DNA of 64,000 nt from Vulcanimicrobiota bacterium (GCA_050250895.1 JBFWNU010000001.1:32001-96000); one strand, 5' to 3'. Shown: positions 45,705 through 55,835, counted from the first letter of the stretch. A program made the numbers and translations. The notes: a model not told the origin generated them from the sequence alone.

Positions 45705-46535
45705 ATGAGTTCAGACACGTTTCTCCACTCGTTTTACGCCCAGAGCTATTACCACTCGATCGTGGCCCGGGCCAACCACCGCGACCATGTGGCTGACTTC
45801 GTAGTGAGAGCCTGTCGCAAACTGGGCCAGGGCCAGCCCCGAGTGGGCCTCGAGATGTGCTGTGGCGCCGGGCTGTTGTCGGCCGACCTGTGCGAGCGCG
45901 GGCTTTCGATGACGGCGGTCGACCTCCACCCCGAGGTCATCGAGTGCGCTCGTAAGCACTGCCGCCAGTCCGAGGTGAAGTTCGAGACCGGCAACATGCT
46001 GGACTATAAAACCCCGGAACCGGTGGATTTTATCACCAACATCGGCGAAAATCTGGCCGTCTTGCGCAGCCACGACCAGATGGTCACGCATCTTCAGGCG
46101 ATGGCCGCCAACCTCAAGCCGGGAGGCCTCTACATCCTCGAGATGGCTCGCTCCTGGACCGTTCTGCCTCTCGAGCAACTGCGGGTCGAGCCCCCCTGGA
46201 TCGTGTATCGCTATGCTCCTGACGAGCCCCAGCGCGGCAGCGAAGCCGGCTATGACGTCACCGTCTACTGGCTCGGGCACGAGGAAGTGCGGGTGGATCC
46301 CATGCTCGGTCTCTTTCGCCACAACCTGAAGATGTATGTAAAAAAAGACGGAGTCACTCACGAGTTCGTCACCGAAGAGACGGGCAAGATCTATTATCCT
46401 CAAGAGTTTGCTGCCCTGGTCGAGCTCAGCGGCCAATTCGACATCGCCGGGCGCTACGCCGGTTTTCGGCTCAGCGCCGATTGGCGCAAAAACCCCACCA
46501 CGCCGGAGTACGTGGTCGTCCTGCGTAAGCGGTGA
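45705..46535 (+). CDS. Class I SAM-dependent methyltransferase
   Basis: LEMCCGAG, AVDLHPE, GNMLD, NLKPGGLYILE. Confidence 0.88.
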   Translation: MSSDTFLHSFYAQSYYHSIVARANHRDHVADFVVRACRKLGQGQPRVGLEMCCGAGLLSADLCERGLSMTAVDLHPEVIECARKHCRQSEVKFETGNMLDYKTPEPVDFITNIGENLAVLRSHDQMVTHLQAMAANLKPGGLYILEMARSWTVLPLEQLRVEPPWIVYRYAPDEPQRGSEAGYDVTVYWLGHEEVRVDPMLGLFRHNLKMYVKKDGVTHEFVTEETGKIYYPQEFAALVELSGQFDIAGRYAGFRLSADWRKNPTTPEYVVVLRKR

Positions 46536-46568
46536 GGACTTCTAAGCCGGGGCGCGAAAGTGGGGCCT

Positions 46569-48572
46569 ATGTTGACCGTCAGTGATTACGTGATCGCCGA
46601 ACGCAGCCTTCTCGACCCGGACCAGGTCGTGCTCAAGAACCTTTATCACAACACCGAGGTCGAGGCGGGACCCGAAGTGTGGACATTGCTCAAGGACCTG
46701 GCCGGCGCCAACGGCCAGCCTCTGCTCGAAGAGTTGCGCCAGGCGCGCATCGTGGTCGAGGCGGGCCAGCCCGAGACCGTCAGCGAACATTTCGAAGAAC
46801 TCGAAGAGGCTCTCGACGCCTTTCTGCGCAAGTATCTGCCCGCCGATTTCGAGCTCGAAAAACACTTTCCCAGCGCGCCCGCTTCGGATTTCAAAGCCTA
46901 TCGAGAGTGCCTGCGACGAAAGCTCGAGGCGGCCTGCCAGATCTGGCTCAAGGGGCTCGAAACCTATTTCGCCGGCCGCGAAATCGCGGGACCGGCGGTA
47001 GAACCCAAAGGCGACCACGTGGGGGAGGGCGCCTGGCTCTATGAGGCGCCCGATCTGTTCGTGCGGGCCATGTTCGACCATTTGTGCATGATTGTCGATG
47101 CCGTCATCGGCGAGCCAATCCGAGGTTTGTGTCCGGAATTTCTGGCCGCCACCACCGACCGCCCGCCGCAGAAGGAGCATCTCCATCAGCAGCCGTGTTC
47201 CCCCCGAACCACCCTCGACCGGGTGGAGCGTATCGTGGCCCAATGCCCTCCCCCCGCCCGGGTGTTGGTGCTAGGAGACGATGACTTGATGAGCCTGGCT
47301 CTTGCCCGGCACGAGGGTTACTCCATCGATGTGCTCGAGCTCGACAAAGAACTGGTCGAGTTTCTCGCTCGCTCGGCTCCCTCGGTGCGGATCCTGCAGA
47401 AAGACCTTTCGATGGGCCTGGACGCCGATTTCAAAGAGAGCTACGACATCGTCATCTCGGACCCGCCCTACAACCGCGACGGCATGCGCTTCTTCTTGCA
47501 TTGCTGCGCCGGTGCACTCAAGCCCGCGGCCTCGAGCCGGCTGTTTCTGTCCACCTGCCTGATCCTGGTGGAGGACGCCGAGGACCTGCACGAGTACGCG
47601 GCCCAGCAAGGTCTCTCTCAGTTGAAGTTCACTCCGGGCTTCAGTTTCTATCCTTTGGCCGAACATCTGCGCATCTGGGGGATGAATTTCTTCGAGGGTC
47701 TGGGGCTACCCAGTCATCTGGGGGCCACCCTGCTCGACCAGCCCTTTCTATGGGCCGATCTGCTAGAATACGCCCCCACCATCGCGGCCGATAATCTCAC
47801 GGCGGCCCAGATGGATCTCGTCGAGTCGCGCTCGACCGAGTTCCAAACCATTTGTCTCTATGAACGGGACGGGGCGGTGTGTCTGACCAACAATGCCGGG
47901 ATTCAGTTTCACTCAGAAGACGAGGCCATCCACCATGAACGGATGATGACCCTGCCGATGTGTCTGTCCGAGCAAGCCGAATCGGTGTTGATCCTGGGTG
48001 GGGGGGACGGATTGGCGGCCCGCGAGGCTTTGAAGTTTCCCAGCCTCAAGCGCCTGGTGGTGGTCGATATCGATGCCGAGATGCTGGCTTTGACCAAAGA
48101 CCATCCGCTGATGCAGAAGGTCACCGGCAACGCCTTCAACGACCCTCGGGTCGAATTGGTGGCCGCCGACGCCCTGCGCTGGCTCGAGCAACAGAGCGAC
48201 CGATTCGACGTGATTCTCAACGACTGGGACTATCTGCGAACCCACCAGGACAGCACCGTCGGGCCCCAGCGGGTGCGAGACTTTCTGGCCGCTCAGCGAG
48301 AACATCTGCGCGAGGGCGGGGCGGTCTCGATGTACCATCCTCACGATCCCTTTGGCGCCGACTTTCTGGGTTGCCCCCTCGAAAAGGTGCCAGAAGCGCT
48401 GGAACAGCTGGTTGGCGACCTCTTCAAACATCGCCTCGTGACCCATCTCGACAGCGAGCGAATCGGTCCCCACGTGTTCGTGATCGGGCTCTCGAACCCA
48501 CCCCTGGCGCGCCGCTCGCCGCCCGAGGGCAGCTTGTATGTCGACTTGGAGGAACTCACAACCGCACCATAA
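46569..48572 (+). CDS. Fusion of BpsA-like (branched-chain polyamine synthase) and spermidine-synthase-like aminopropyltransferase domains, with RRE-like N-terminus
   Basis: BpsA motifs VLVLGDDDLMSLAL, ELDKELVEF, ISDPPY; SpeE motifs STEFQTI, DEAIHHE, ILGGGDGLAAREAL, DID, DPRVELVAADA. Confidence 0.8.
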   Translation: MLTVSDYVIAERSLLDPDQVVLKNLYHNTEVEAGPEVWTLLKDLAGANGQPLLEELRQARIVVEAGQPETVSEHFEELEEALDAFLRKYLPADFELEKHFPSAPASDFKAYRECLRRKLEAACQIWLKGLETYFAGREIAGPAVEPKGDHVGEGAWLYEAPDLFVRAMFDHLCMIVDAVIGEPIRGLCPEFLAATTDRPPQKEHLHQQPCSPRTTLDRVERIVAQCPPPARVLVLGDDDLMSLALARHEGYSIDVLELDKELVEFLARSAPSVRILQKDLSMGLDADFKESYDIVISDPPYNRDGMRFFLHCCAGALKPAASSRLFLSTCLILVEDAEDLHEYAAQQGLSQLKFTPGFSFYPLAEHLRIWGMNFFEGLGLPSHLGATLLDQPFLWADLLEYAPTIAADNLTAAQMDLVESRSTEFQTICLYERDGAVCLTNNAGIQFHSEDEAIHHERMMTLPMCLSEQAESVLILGGGDGLAAREALKFPSLKRLVVVDIDAEMLALTKDHPLMQKVTGNAFNDPRVELVAADALRWLEQQSDRFDVILNDWDYLRTHQDSTVGPQRVRDFLAAQREHLREGGAVSMYHPHDPFGADFLGCPLEKVPEALEQLVGDLFKHRLVTHLDSERIGPHVFVIGLSNPPLARRSPPEGSLYVDLEELTTAP

Positions 48573-48669
48573 AACTGTAACAACCCGGTTACATTGTTTA
48601 CTTAGTTTTCACACTAATTCTCAGCCAGGGCACGACCGAGTCCGCTAAGGTTAGGGCAAGAAAGGTGGT

Positions 48670-49206
48670 GTGCAAATGGGCATCGGAGGCATCGGAAGAG
48701 GCGGCGGATTTAGAGGAATGCGCGGCGCGCGTGGCGGACGCGGCGGCGGCGGTCTGGGTAAAGGACGCGGCGGCCAGGGCGTTGGCGGTGGCCAGGGTCC
48801 CGGAGGCCGGGGCAGCGGCGCTGACAGCGTAGGTTCGCCGGCTCGTGGCGGCCAGCAGTCCGGCGGACCGAAGGGCGCGGGCCAGGGCGGCGGATGCGCC
48901 AACGGTCAGTGCGGCGGCGGACAGGGTGCCGGCGGCGCTCAGGGCGGCGGTGGCGGCGGCGGCGGCCTGCCGATGGACGGCAGCCTGCTTCAGGCCGGTG
49001 GCGACCTGGCCGGCCAGATCGCTGGCATGGCTCAGGGCGGTGGCGGCGGCGAAGAAGGTGGGGGCGCAGCCGCGGGTGGAGATCAGTTCCTGCCCAGCCC
49101 AGAGTTAGCCAACGTCGGCATTAATCCAGGCAGCATGCCCAACCCGGCCACCGACAACGCATCGACCCTGGCGGCAATCCAGAATACCTTCACCCCGATG
49201 GTGTGA
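48670..49206 (+). CDS. Glycine-rich low-complexity protein (RGG-rich N-terminus)
   Basis: AAGGTGG SD; GRGGGFRGMRGARGGRGG; GGCANGQCGG; GTGA overlap with next gene. Confidence 0.6.
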   Translation: MQMGIGGIGRGGGFRGMRGARGGRGGGGLGKGRGGQGVGGGQGPGGRGSGADSVGSPARGGQQSGGPKGAGQGGGCANGQCGGGQGAGGAQGGGGGGGGLPMDGSLLQAGGDLAGQIAGMAQGGGGGEEGGGAAAGGDQFLPSPELANVGINPGSMPNPATDNASTLAAIQNTFTPMV

Positions 49207-50336
49207 GTTCGAAGTTTTCCATCTGGCTAGACAAAGCAGTCGAGTTTTACCAGAAACTCGGCTTCTTTGCGTCTCAGGAAGAAAACCTCAAGGCACGCCT
49301 GACGACTTATCTGACCGAAGACAAGCCGCTGGCTGACTTTGACGACAACAATCCCGCCTACGACCTGTTCTTACTCGGCTGCGACCCCACTCGGGCCATG
49401 CTCGAGAGTCCCAAGGTCGAAGCGCTGGCCCCTGACAAGAAGGTCTATATCCAGATCTTGCAGCAACTCGAGAAGATCTCGAGAGGGGCTTTTCGTCCGC
49501 GCCAGATCGTAGAGGCCTGGAAGGGCCCACAGGGTCCGGTCGAGATCCGCTATCAGCAAGACGGCAAAACCTATACCCTCGAAGCCCACGATCGGGACAA
49601 CCGCATTGACCCCAGCCTGCTCTTGCAGCTCAACCTGGCCATCCTCGCCAGCGGTTTGCAGTTCGAACTGTCGATCTTCATGCACCCTCAAGAGGGTGAG
49701 CACTTTTTGATCACGGTCCTCAATCGCGAAGAGCGCTTCGAGATCGAGCGCCATCGCCGCTTACCCTTCATCATCTTTAGCCTGCCCCGCCTGTTCGTGC
49801 CCCTGGGCAATCTGGGTCCGGCCCTGGGCGACCCCGAGGTGATGACCCATCTGGGCACGGTGAACGAGTTCCTCGACCGCTCGTTGGGCCGCCTGGAGCT
49901 CGACTTCGAAGAGGGCTCGATCACGGGTCTTTTGCGCTATGAGGGGCTCGACCACGAAGAAGATCTGGAATGGTTGGGCAGCTATCAGGACGACCGTTTG
50001 CGGGGCACCATTCGTGGCAGGGTCCAGACGCGGGGCGGCGAGAGCGAAGACTATGTGGGTAGCTTCGAAGGCACCCTCCATCACGGCGGCAAGACCGCCT
50101 CGGGCACCTGGCGCGGCTGGGTAGGCACCGATGGAGACAACCCGCCCGACGACCCGACTTTAATCAACGAAGGCGAATGGGCCACCGTTGAAGAGACTTG
50201 CCTCGAGCAGGACGACGCCCACATGCGACGCTTCAAAACCTGGTCGGAAGAGGTCTGGAAGGCCAGGCAGCCGCAAGACTACTGTTGGACCTTACTCGAG
50301 GCCGAGCTGCGCCGCCTGGAGCCCGCCAATGGGTAG
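49203..50336 (+). CDS. Hypothetical protein
   Basis: 377-aa ORF with typical codon usage, coupled to both neighbours; no family recognised. Confidence 0.7.
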   Translation: MSSKFSIWLDKAVEFYQKLGFFASQEENLKARLTTYLTEDKPLADFDDNNPAYDLFLLGCDPTRAMLESPKVEALAPDKKVYIQILQQLEKISRGAFRPRQIVEAWKGPQGPVEIRYQQDGKTYTLEAHDRDNRIDPSLLLQLNLAILASGLQFELSIFMHPQEGEHFLITVLNREERFEIERHRRLPFIIFSLPRLFVPLGNLGPALGDPEVMTHLGTVNEFLDRSLGRLELDFEEGSITGLLRYEGLDHEEDLEWLGSYQDDRLRGTIRGRVQTRGGESEDYVGSFEGTLHHGGKTASGTWRGWVGTDGDNPPDDPTLINEGEWATVEETCLEQDDAHMRRFKTWSEEVWKARQPQDYCWTLLEAELRRLEPANG

Positions 50337-51201
50337 CCTCTTTTCCAAGAAACACCGCGGCCGGGTGGGGGTGGACTTTGGCCCCGGCGAGGTGCGGCTG
50401 AGCTGGCTCGAAGACGGTCAGATCCTGGCGACCGAACGGCGGGCTTGCGATGATTCCACGCAGGCCGAGGCGCTTCAAGCAGCCGTGGCAGCCGCCGCAG
50501 TCCCCCGAGGTACGCCCGCCACCACCTTCTTCTCGGCCTACTACAACGAGATTCTCGACAAGCGCCGGCCGGTCGAGCTCGCCGGCCTCTCACCGCCCCA
50601 GCAATTGCAGGCGGTGCGTTATGATGCCGAGCGCTACGTCCCTTACAACCTTGATGAGGCTCACATCAGCTTTCGAGTGCTGTCCCAGCAAGACCATGAG
50701 ACCCTGGTGGCCGTGGACGCGGTGGCCCACGAGCAACGCCAACAGGCTGCCCGCCTCTTGAGGGCGGCGGGGTTGGGGGCCCAGAGTTACGAGACGCGCT
50801 TGCGCGAGGCCCTGACCAACCTGGTGCGACTGCTCTATCCCGCCTGCCCTTCCGGCTTTTGCATCTTTCATGTCGACGGGCCGTGGGTGCGCTGCTTCGG
50901 TTGCCCGCAAGGCTATCACCTGGCCGGCCAGATCTCGGGCTTCGAGCAGCGCGACGACTATCTGGCCACCATCGACCGCAACGTGCTCTATCAGCAAAGC
51001 AAGAAGATTCCCATCGAGGCCGTCTATCTCACCGGTTCGGCCGCCCGGGACGAGATCGCCGAGGCGGCTCAGTCCAAACTCGAAGTCCCCTGCTCGGCCC
51101 TGAGGTTACGCCTGGGCGAGCAGAGCCACAACGCCGCCTTCACTCTGGCCATCGCCATCGCTCTCTTGCCGCCCGACCCCGGGTTGTCACTTGCCGACTA
51201 A
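50329..51201 (+). CDS. PilM-like (actin-fold) protein, divergent
   Basis: VGVDFG, AVRYDAERYVPYNLDEAHISFRVL, VYLTGSAA, FTLAIAIAL. Confidence 0.65.
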   Translation: MGSLFSKKHRGRVGVDFGPGEVRLSWLEDGQILATERRACDDSTQAEALQAAVAAAAVPRGTPATTFFSAYYNEILDKRRPVELAGLSPPQQLQAVRYDAERYVPYNLDEAHISFRVLSQQDHETLVAVDAVAHEQRQQAARLLRAAGLGAQSYETRLREALTNLVRLLYPACPSGFCIFHVDGPWVRCFGCPQGYHLAGQISGFEQRDDYLATIDRNVLYQQSKKIPIEAVYLTGSAARDEIAEAAQSKLEVPCSALRLRLGEQSHNAAFTLAIAIALLPPDPGLSLAD

Positions 51202-51410
51202 ACTCTGACGGAGGTCCAGGGCGAGTAGGCCCCCTACCACCCCCTAGAGAATCGTAGGCTTAGATGGAACTGCTCTCTTGCCCCAGAGATACCTTGCCCG
51301 AAGCCTGGTCCATGTTGATCGCGGCCAATCGCGGCCTGTCGGGCGCGGAGCGACTGGCGCGTTTGCTGGGCTCCTCCACCGCCATTGCTCGATTCAGAAA
51401 GGACAACGAT

Positions 51411-51971
51411 GTGGACGATCTGGCCATCTTCTTCGCCCGAGTCATCGAGGGTCTGCAGCAAGCCCGAATCGAGTACATGGTGGTGGGCTCGTTCGCCAGC
51501 ACCTATCACGGCATGCCCCGCACCACCCGCGACCTGGACATCGTTTGCCAACTCGACGGTGCCACTCTGCCCGACCTGCTGGCACGCTTTCCGGCCGAGG
51601 ACGGATTCTATGTTAGCAACGAGGCGGCCAAAGAGGCCGTGCGCCGACGCGGCATGTTCAACATCGTGCACGCCGCCAGTGGCTGGAAGGTCGACATTAT
51701 TGTCAAGAAGAACCGGCCCTTTAGCCGAACCGAATTCGAACGCCGCCTGGCCGTGAGGCTACTCGACCAGAACGTCTTCGTGGCCAGCGCTGAAGACACC
51801 ATCCTGACCAAGCTGGAATGGGCCAAAGACTCGCTGTCCGAGCGTCAGTTGCGGGATGTCTCAGAAATCCTCGATGTCCAGGGCCAGGCCCTGGATCAGG
51901 AATACCTCGCCCGGGGTCTGGCTGAGCTAGGCCTGGAAGAGGTGATGGCTCGAGCCCGCGGGCCCTGGTAG
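51411..51971 (+). CDS. Pol-beta-type nucleotidyltransferase family protein
   Basis: YMVVGSFASTYHGMPRTTRDLDIV, KVDII, AEDTILTKL; AAAGGA SD before GTG 51411. Confidence 0.8.
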   Translation: MDDLAIFFARVIEGLQQARIEYMVVGSFASTYHGMPRTTRDLDIVCQLDGATLPDLLARFPAEDGFYVSNEAAKEAVRRRGMFNIVHAASGWKVDIIVKKNRPFSRTEFERRLAVRLLDQNVFVASAEDTILTKLEWAKDSLSERQLRDVSEILDVQGQALDQEYLARGLAELGLEEVMARARGPW

Positions 51972-54900
51972 CTACCAGCCTCCGCTAGAGCCGCCGCTCG
52001 AACCGCCGCCGCTCCAGCCTCCGCTGGAGCCGCCGCTCGACGACGAGCTTTCGCGGCGGCGCCGTTCTTCGTCTTCGCGGCGCTGGACTTCGGCCCGGGC
52101 TGACGAGACGTCGCTGCTATGGCGGCTGCGGGCCCGCGAGATGGCCGACTCGGCCTCGCTGGTGGCCATCACCGCCGCGGTTGCGGCCGAATTAGCGTGG
52201 CTTTCAGCGTCTTCGAACTCTTTTTGGCCCATCTCGATGCCGGCCGTGACCATCAGGGCCTCGGCGGTGGCCAGGCTGGAACGGGCTCCCGAGAGGTCGC
52301 TCGAGCTCACCGAGGTGGACACGGTGCCGTGGCCCGAAACGTAGTCGCTGTCACTCCAGCTGGCCGCTCGCGAGATAGCCGCGTGGGCGGCCAGGATGGC
52401 GGCCGACGCGCCGGCGATGGCCGACTGGGCCTCTTGATAGGCCTGGTGGTCGGCCTCGATGGCCGATTCGGCCGACTGGCGGCTGCCTTCGGTCTTCGAG
52501 AGCGAGGATTCGGCGTCATAAGGGCTTTTAGGCGAGCGATTGACCGCCTCGCGGGCCCCTCCCAGGTGACTGACCGTCTCGTTCACCAGGCGTTTGGCCT
52601 GATCGCGCACATAGTGCTCGTTGGAGCGGGCCTGAGTGCCCGAGACGCGGCCTTCCAGCTGACCCAGCTCGGCTTCGGCCTTTTGCTGCTTTTCGGCCAG
52701 CAAGGCCTCGGCTTTGGTCACCGAGTCGAGATTGGTCTGAGCGCCTTTGAGCACGTTGTCGGTGTCGTTGAGCAGGTCGCGGGCGGTCAGTAAATAGGCT
52801 TTGTCGTGGTTGTCGCGGGCTCCCTCGGTGAGGTTGTGGGCGTTGTCTAGCTTCTCGTTGGCCTCCTTGATGTTGTCGGCCAGGGTGTCGCCGGCCCCCA
52901 CATCCGCGGCAACCTGCCCCATGACCTTGTCTTCGTAAGTTGCCTTGATGCGGTCAAACGAAGGCTGGTAGGTGGCCGGAATGCTGTCGGTGATGGAGAC
53001 GTGGCGCTGCTGGCGCTCAAACAAGGTGTCGGGGTATTCGGCCAGAGCCAGGCGGGTCTCCGAGACCAGCCGGTGAGCGTCCTGGGTGAGGTCGTGGATG
53101 TCGACCAGATGTTGGCCCGCCGTCTCGATGTCGCCCACGTCCAGCCGCGGCTTGATGGCGTCAAGATGCTGGTGGGCATCGGTGGTGCGGTCGGTGGGAT
53201 CGCGATCGGGCTCGCGCAGGACCTGATCGGGCGTGCCTTGCTTGAAGGCTCCGACCTCTTGCAAGAGGTGATGGATGTCGGTGCGGGCCTGAGCCACGTC
53301 GAGTTCGGCCTGGCTGATCTGCACCGGAGACACTTCGCGCCGCTGGGTGTCTTGCTCGACCACGGTGTTGACCCGGGCACCCAGCCGGTCGACCTCTTTG
53401 CGAATTCCACTGACGTCGTCACCCACACCTTTGCGCATGGCGGTGTTGGCGGTCAGGTCGAGTTGGTCCGAGAGCTTCTCTTTGGCCTGGTGGGCCCAGT
53501 CGGTTTTGACCTCATGAGGATGCAGAGCCTCGTCACCCTTGGCCAGGGTGGGCAGCAGGTCGTCGCGGCCATGGTTGCCCAGGGCCACGATGGCGTCGGC
53601 GTCACCGGTCATGCGCTTGGCCACCGTGCCGTAGTCGTCCCAGGCCCGGACCGGGTCGCTGACCTTGAGTTCGCGGCCCTTGGCGATCAGCCCGCCTTCG
53701 TCCGCCGAGCCCAGCACCGAGGCCAACAGGTTCGAGTTGACCGACGGGGCCGTAAACAGCCCGTCGGGCTTGCCTTTCTCTTCGAGGTCGGCGGCCTTCT
53801 GGCTGGCGGCCTGGGCGTCGGTCTCGATGCCGTTGAGATACTGGTCGATCTCTGAATTCTTGTGGTCGATCTCGCGGATGATCGACTCGGCCGTGTCACG
53901 GCTGTCGGCCATGGCCAGTAAGACTTCCTTCAGGGACTTCTCGAACTGGCGGGTCTTGCCGGTGCTGAGAATCTCTTGACGCCAGGTCGAAGCGCGACTG
54001 TTCTCTTCCATCACCGCCCGGGCCGAGTCGCCGGTGTCGAACTGCAGGCGGGCTTCGGGGTCGGTCAACAGAGCGACAGCCTTGTCGAAATTACCGCTGA
54101 GGAACATGTTTTGCAGCTTGCCGCCCAGGCCCTTACCGTCGATGAGGGTCTCGGCTTCGGCCAGAAACTTCTCGCAACCACCCACCAGAGTGAGCGCGTT
54201 GGCGGTGTTCTCGACCAGCTCATCGGCCAGCTTCTTGGTCTTGCCCGTGTAGCCGGCCACGGTGTGGTAGTCGGCCTTGTTCATCAGCGCCACCAGTTCT
54301 TGGGTGCGCTCAGAAATCTCGTTGACGGCCTCATCGAGCTCGCGCTTGGCATTGCCTTTGCTCTTGCGGGCCTTGTGGTTCATCACCGCGCCGGTAGCCA
54401 TGACCGCCACCACCACAGCGGCGGTGCCGTAGAGCTTGACCTTCTTGCCCAGCTCGGTGGCGTCGCGCGAGGTTTTGACATCGCCAGCGGCCTGGCTGGT
54501 GTGGCTCTCGGCTGACTTGAGGTGGTCGACGAAAGAGGGATCCTTGGCTTCGTAGGCCTGGCGATAGGCGGCCAGCGCGCTGGTGGCCTGACCGTGGTGG
54601 TTGCGAGCCGACTGGGCCTGAGAATTGTCGGCCAGGGTAGCGATATCGCCGTTGACCTGCTCGAGGGTCGACTGCAGACCGCGGGCGGTATCAGGGGCGG
54701 TGCGATAGGCGGCCATGGCCTGCTCTTGCGTGCGCACGCTCGAAACGACTTCGCCGGCCAGGCTGGTGGCCCGCTCGAAGTCATGCTGAGCAAAGGCTTC
54801 GCGGCCCTGACGCAGCTTGGCCTCCCAGCCGGGGATGTCGGGCGAGCCGAGCTTGCCGCCCTGGCCAAATTCTCGCTGAAACTCACGCACGGCCGGCTTG

Positions 54901-55835
54901 ACGCCATCCACGGCCGATTCGGCCGCAGTGAGAGCCGATTCGGCGCTGCCCACGCGCTGGGCCACGTGCTGGGCGATGGTGTTGTCGACCCGCTCCATGA
55001 CCTTCTCGATAGCGGCGCCCGGCGAGAGCCCCTCGTTCTTGACGCCATCCACGAAAATCCGGCCCAACGAACCGGGGTTGCCGCCGGGAAAGAACTGATC
55101 GTCGCCGACTCCGAGCTTGTCGGGCAGACTGCCGGGTTCGGTGCGCATGAAGATACTGCGACCCTGCGAGGTGTTGGCTTTGAAGGCGATCATGATGATG
55201 GCCCCCTGATGCTCGCCGGTGGCGGGGTTACGAAGGTTGAGGTACTCCTGGTTGTTGCCGATGCCAGGGCCGAGAATGCGCTCGTCGCCGAGATGATCGC
55301 GGGTCTCTTCCACCAGCACGATGGTGAAGTTGGGATGCTTGCGAACGGCGTCTTGAAAGACTTGCATGTCCTGAGCCGAGAGCGGCTTGCCCTGGTACTG
55401 GGGGTTGCCGATGACATACAGCGGTCGATTGGCCGTCCAGCGGTTGACCACATCCTGAATCGAGGTGGCGTGGACGGGAGTGGTGTCGACATTGGCCACC
55501 ATCTGCACCTCGGCCGCCTGGGCGGGTGAAGCTAGACCCGCCAGGGCTCCGAATCCGGCCAGGGCCAGGCCGACACCGGCCGCCACCTTACCGCCCCAGT
55601 CGCCGTGAGAATCGGGTGCATCCGCCTGGGCGGCGACGCCCGGTTCGGGCGGCGAGGCGGCTTCGATGACCTTGTGCTCGGCTCCGGGAGGGGCCACACG
55701 CCCGGGGGGCTCCCAGCCTCCGCTACTGCCGCGAGCCTGGAAGAACTCTTTGGGCTCGACGTCCTTGGGTTCGGACTGTTTGGACTGGGCGCGGGCAGAA
55801 CCCGCCTTGGGCGTGCTGTAGTTTACTCGGATCAT
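51972..55835 (-). CDS. Large membrane-anchored coiled-coil protein with TPM-like extracytoplasmic region and Ser/Gly-Trp tail
   Basis: Hydrophobic segment ending SPAQA, globular region, second TM (LYGTAAVVVAVMATGAVM), long Ala-rich helical region, SSGGWSGGGSSGGSSGGW C-terminus. Confidence 0.7.
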   Translation of the reverse strand: MIRVNYSTPKAGSARAQSKQSEPKDVEPKEFFQARGSSGGWEPPGRVAPPGAEHKVIEAASPPEPGVAAQADAPDSHGDWGGKVAAGVGLALAGFGALAGLASPAQAAEVQMVANVDTTPVHATSIQDVVNRWTANRPLYVIGNPQYQGKPLSAQDMQVFQDAVRKHPNFTIVLVEETRDHLGDERILGPGIGNNQEYLNLRNPATGEHQGAIIMIAFKANTSQGRSIFMRTEPGSLPDKLGVGDDQFFPGGNPGSLGRIFVDGVKNEGLSPGAAIEKVMERVDNTIAQHVAQRVGSAESALTAAESAVDGVKPAVREFQREFGQGGKLGSPDIPGWEAKLRQGREAFAQHDFERATSLAGEVVSSVRTQEQAMAAYRTAPDTARGLQSTLEQVNGDIATLADNSQAQSARNHHGQATSALAAYRQAYEAKDPSFVDHLKSAESHTSQAAGDVKTSRDATELGKKVKLYGTAAVVVAVMATGAVMNHKARKSKGNAKRELDEAVNEISERTQELVALMNKADYHTVAGYTGKTKKLADELVENTANALTLVGGCEKFLAEAETLIDGKGLGGKLQNMFLSGNFDKAVALLTDPEARLQFDTGDSARAVMEENSRASTWRQEILSTGKTRQFEKSLKEVLLAMADSRDTAESIIREIDHKNSEIDQYLNGIETDAQAASQKAADLEEKGKPDGLFTAPSVNSNLLASVLGSADEGGLIAKGRELKVSDPVRAWDDYGTVAKRMTGDADAIVALGNHGRDDLLPTLAKGDEALHPHEVKTDWAHQAKEKLSDQLDLTANTAMRKGVGDDVSGIRKEVDRLGARVNTVVEQDTQRREVSPVQISQAELDVAQARTDIHHLLQEVGAFKQGTPDQVLREPDRDPTDRTTDAHQHLDAIKPRLDVGDIETAGQHLVDIHDLTQDAHRLVSETRLALAEYPDTLFERQQRHVSITDSIPATYQPSFDRIKATYEDKVMGQVAADVGAGDTLADNIKEANEKLDNAHNLTEGARDNHDKAYLLTARDLLNDTDNVLKGAQTNLDSVTKAEALLAEKQQKAEAELGQLEGRVSGTQARSNEHYVRDQAKRLVNETVSHLGGAREAVNRSPKSPYDAESSLSKTEGSRQSAESAIEADHQAYQEAQSAIAGASAAILAAHAAISRAASWSDSDYVSGHGTVSTSVSSSDLSGARSSLATAEALMVTAGIEMGQKEFEDAESHANSAATAAVMATSEAESAISRARSRHSSDVSSARAEVQRREDEERRRRESSSSSGGSSGGWSGGGSSGGSSGGW

